The position numbers were made by a program, and so were the translations under genes. 64,000 bases of DNA from Promethearchaeota archaeon (GTDB lineage Archaea; Asgardarchaeota; Lokiarchaeia; Sigyniarchaeales; SOKP01): positions 50,661 through 114,660 of the forward strand of contig JALGVJ010000009.1 of assembly GCA_029838195.1 (NCBI GenBank), in the 5' to 3' direction. Below the pieces are notes generated by a model that made no database searches, was not told the origin of the DNA, and saw nothing but the letters and a program-made list of their open reading frames with translations. The first letter of the stretch is position 1. Each line of letters starts with the position of its first letter. This document shows, one piece after another, positions 62,082-64,000 of the stretch.

Positions 62082-62375
62082 ATTGATTGTTTTTAAATAT
62101 ATTAATAATTTTCTTGGAAAGTAGTTTATTAGATGCGAAAAATCCAGGAGTGCTGCAATTTAATTGATCATTCGTAAAAGAAAGATGGTTTCCATTCAAA
62201 AATTTTACATTTTTAACGTGAAAGTTGAAACCATGAATTTTAAACCATTCTGCGATTTTAGATAAATATTAATATTTCTGACTAAATCATGGGTAAAAAA
62301 CTAAACTACCAATTTAATGGAGTGACCAAGTAAGGTTTAAATTATTTCAATCCTACTTTTAAGTGACGATTTTTT

Positions 62376-62888
62376 ATGGACATTAAACAACGCCATTATA
62401 TTTCAAAATCTGAAATAAAAAAACTGAAAGAAGAGATTTTAAACCAATACGACAAAGATTTCTTGAATGCAATATTTCCTAAAAAAGCAAAAATAGAAAT
62501 GATTCTAACGGAAGCTGGGGATATTTTATATGCTGTAAACGGAGAATTAGTCCTATGGAAATCCCAAGAAGGGTATATACCCGTACTCACGTTATTATTA
62601 GAGAATAGAGTGAAATTGAAAAGCATTGTCGTTGATATGGGCGCTGTAAGGTTTGTTACTCTAAATCGAGCTGACATCATGAGACCCGGCATAGTAGAAA
62701 TTGATCCTTCCATTAAAAAGGGGGATATTGTTCAAATTCAAGATGAAAGGAATCGAAGGGTGTTAGCAGTGGGAAAAGCATTATACGATGCCGGGAAGAT
62801 GGAACAAATGTCATCGGGTAAAGTCGTGAAAAATTTACATTCCATATCAAAAGACGACGTGTGGAATTTTGCTAAAGAATTTCAATAG
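62376..62888 (+). CDS. Pre-PUA/PUA domain RNA-binding protein (MCT-1/eIF2D-like archaeal family)
   Basis: VVDMGAVRFV..ADIMRPGI, KKGD, AVGKAL, GKVVKNLH...D. Confidence 0.9.
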   Translation: MDIKQRHYISKSEIKKLKEEILNQYDKDFLNAIFPKKAKIEMILTEAGDILYAVNGELVLWKSQEGYIPVLTLLLENRVKLKSIVVDMGAVRFVTLNRADIMRPGIVEIDPSIKKGDIVQIQDERNRRVLAVGKALYDAGKMEQMSSGKVVKNLHSISKDDVWNFAKEFQ

Positions 62889-63267
62889 GTTTAAAAAAGA
62901 TTTCTTTTTTTTTTAATATTTTCGAAAGTTTCAATAACACACCTCTAATCTCTATTTTATTAAATCTGGGTCTATTTAACAAGGAAAACATTTATTATTT
63001 AATGAATAGAGAAAACGCTCATGCTCCCCCTTTCATTACTTTTTTTAAAAAAATAGAGTGGAAATCAACCCCAACTAATTCAATTTACCTAATTAGTTCA
63101 GCACGATTTACTTATTCATTTAAAAAGAATCACCCGCATAATTAATCTTGAGATAGTTCCTCCATTTACATGGATTGCTGGTTGCTATATAAGTTCTAAT
63201 ATTATTCTCATATTATATCACTCTAATATTACAGGGTTCTTTAATCCATTATTTAATATAATACATG

Positions 63268-63318
63268 GATCTCTCCCCGGTAGCACGATGCGAATATCGT
63301 GCAATTGGAGGGGGGATT
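63268..63318 (+). other. Stable GC-rich stem-loop upstream of ORF 63351
   Basis: GCACGAT(63283-63289)/ATCGTGC(63296-63302) inner stem plus GATCTCTCCCCGGT/ATTGGAGGGGGGATT outer stem with G.U pairs. Confidence 0.6.
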
Positions 63319-63350
63319 AATCATAATTATATGTTTGGTCGTGTTGGAAA

Positions 63351-63656
63351 ATGAGTATGTATAGAAATTTCTTGTTAAAAAAGGATTTTTGGGCGAAAAA
63401 AGGAAATAATAATGACCCCTCTACTCAGAAAATATATCTAAAGCATAGTTCTAAAGTTGGCGGAATCTATGCCATCATACAGGACTTTCCTCATAAAAAA
63501 GGAGTAGTCATCATTGCTAATGGTGAACGGCGGTTTTTTAACAATTTTGATGATTTAGATGGGTATCTCCATAAATTAGAACACGTGGAAGAAGATTTTC
63601 TTAGAATTTTGAAACGGAAAGACATCTCTCGTCGCTTGAGAACTTTAAAAATATAA
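63351..63656 (+). CDS. Hypothetical protein
   Basis: 101-aa ORF with normal composition; no motif recognised. Confidence 0.55.
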   Translation: MSMYRNFLLKKDFWAKKGNNNDPSTQKIYLKHSSKVGGIYAIIQDFPHKKGVVIIANGERRFFNNFDDLDGYLHKLEHVEEDFLRILKRKDISRRLRTLKI

Positions 63657-64000
63657 ATATAGATTCATAAATAATTGGAATTTTTTTTATCGTTTTCCTT
63701 TTTCATTTATTTTCTCTCTTCATGTATAGGGGAATTTAATGAAGATATCAACCATTAATTCATTTTAATTAATCTGAATTTAAAGGAAAATCCAAATAAG
63801 TAAAAAATATATAAGAAAATGTACACTTATATTTTTTTTAGACTATGAATTAAACATGATAGCTTCCATTTAAAGCTATTTCAACTATGACGACTAAATT
63901 TGTGGAATGCTTCCCTTTCCTCTGGAAAGAATCTCCTCTATCTCTTACTTTGAACCGTTGGGGAGTACTATCAAGTGAATTCACCCCTCTCTCTATTCTA

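Noticed and set aside
563-62713. The many 60-170 aa ORFs antisense or out of frame within recognised genes (for example 7748-8257, 10014-10532, 26992-27426, 9438-9620)
   Set aside because: Shadow ORFs of real genes with no motifs of their own.
63850-64000. Open minus-strand frame running in from the window edge
   Set aside because: About 50 codons with no recognisable motif; cannot be judged without downstream sequence.

Overview
AT-rich archaeal chromosomal segment. It is most likely from an Asgard archaeon of the Lokiarchaeia type (inference): it carries Rab/Arf-like small GTPases, longin/roadblock domains, a Vps22/36(EAP30)-like winged-helix protein, archaeal HerA/XPF/PUA/geranylgeranyl reductase genes and eukaryote-type Sec decoding. 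The main hidden system is at 3812-6307. What the ORF track shows as fragments is a bicistronic selenoprotein unit: hdrA (TTG start, 2 in-frame UGA) and mvhD/vhuD (2 in-frame UGA). All four UGAs fall on conserved Cys positions. One eukaryote-like SECIS (AUGA/GA kink-turn core, apical AAA, plus an extra side hairpin) follows mvhD, then FdhB/FrhB-like and polyferredoxin genes; a tungsten AOR module lies upstream. Other notable items: a vapBC module between duplicated herA 3' ends with a dead P-type ATPase 5' remnant; signs of ATT/ATA initiation at three loci; an unannotated 40-aa Zn-finger microprotein; an ORF apparently split by a GC-rich structured insert; a strong 5'-leader hairpin; an acetamidino-sugar (HisF2/HisH2/amidotransferase) operon; bacterial-type GAPDH; and beta-oxidation/ETF genes. 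I recognised no rRNA, tRNA, CRISPR array or transposase. All calls come from reading motifs by eye; no searches were run.
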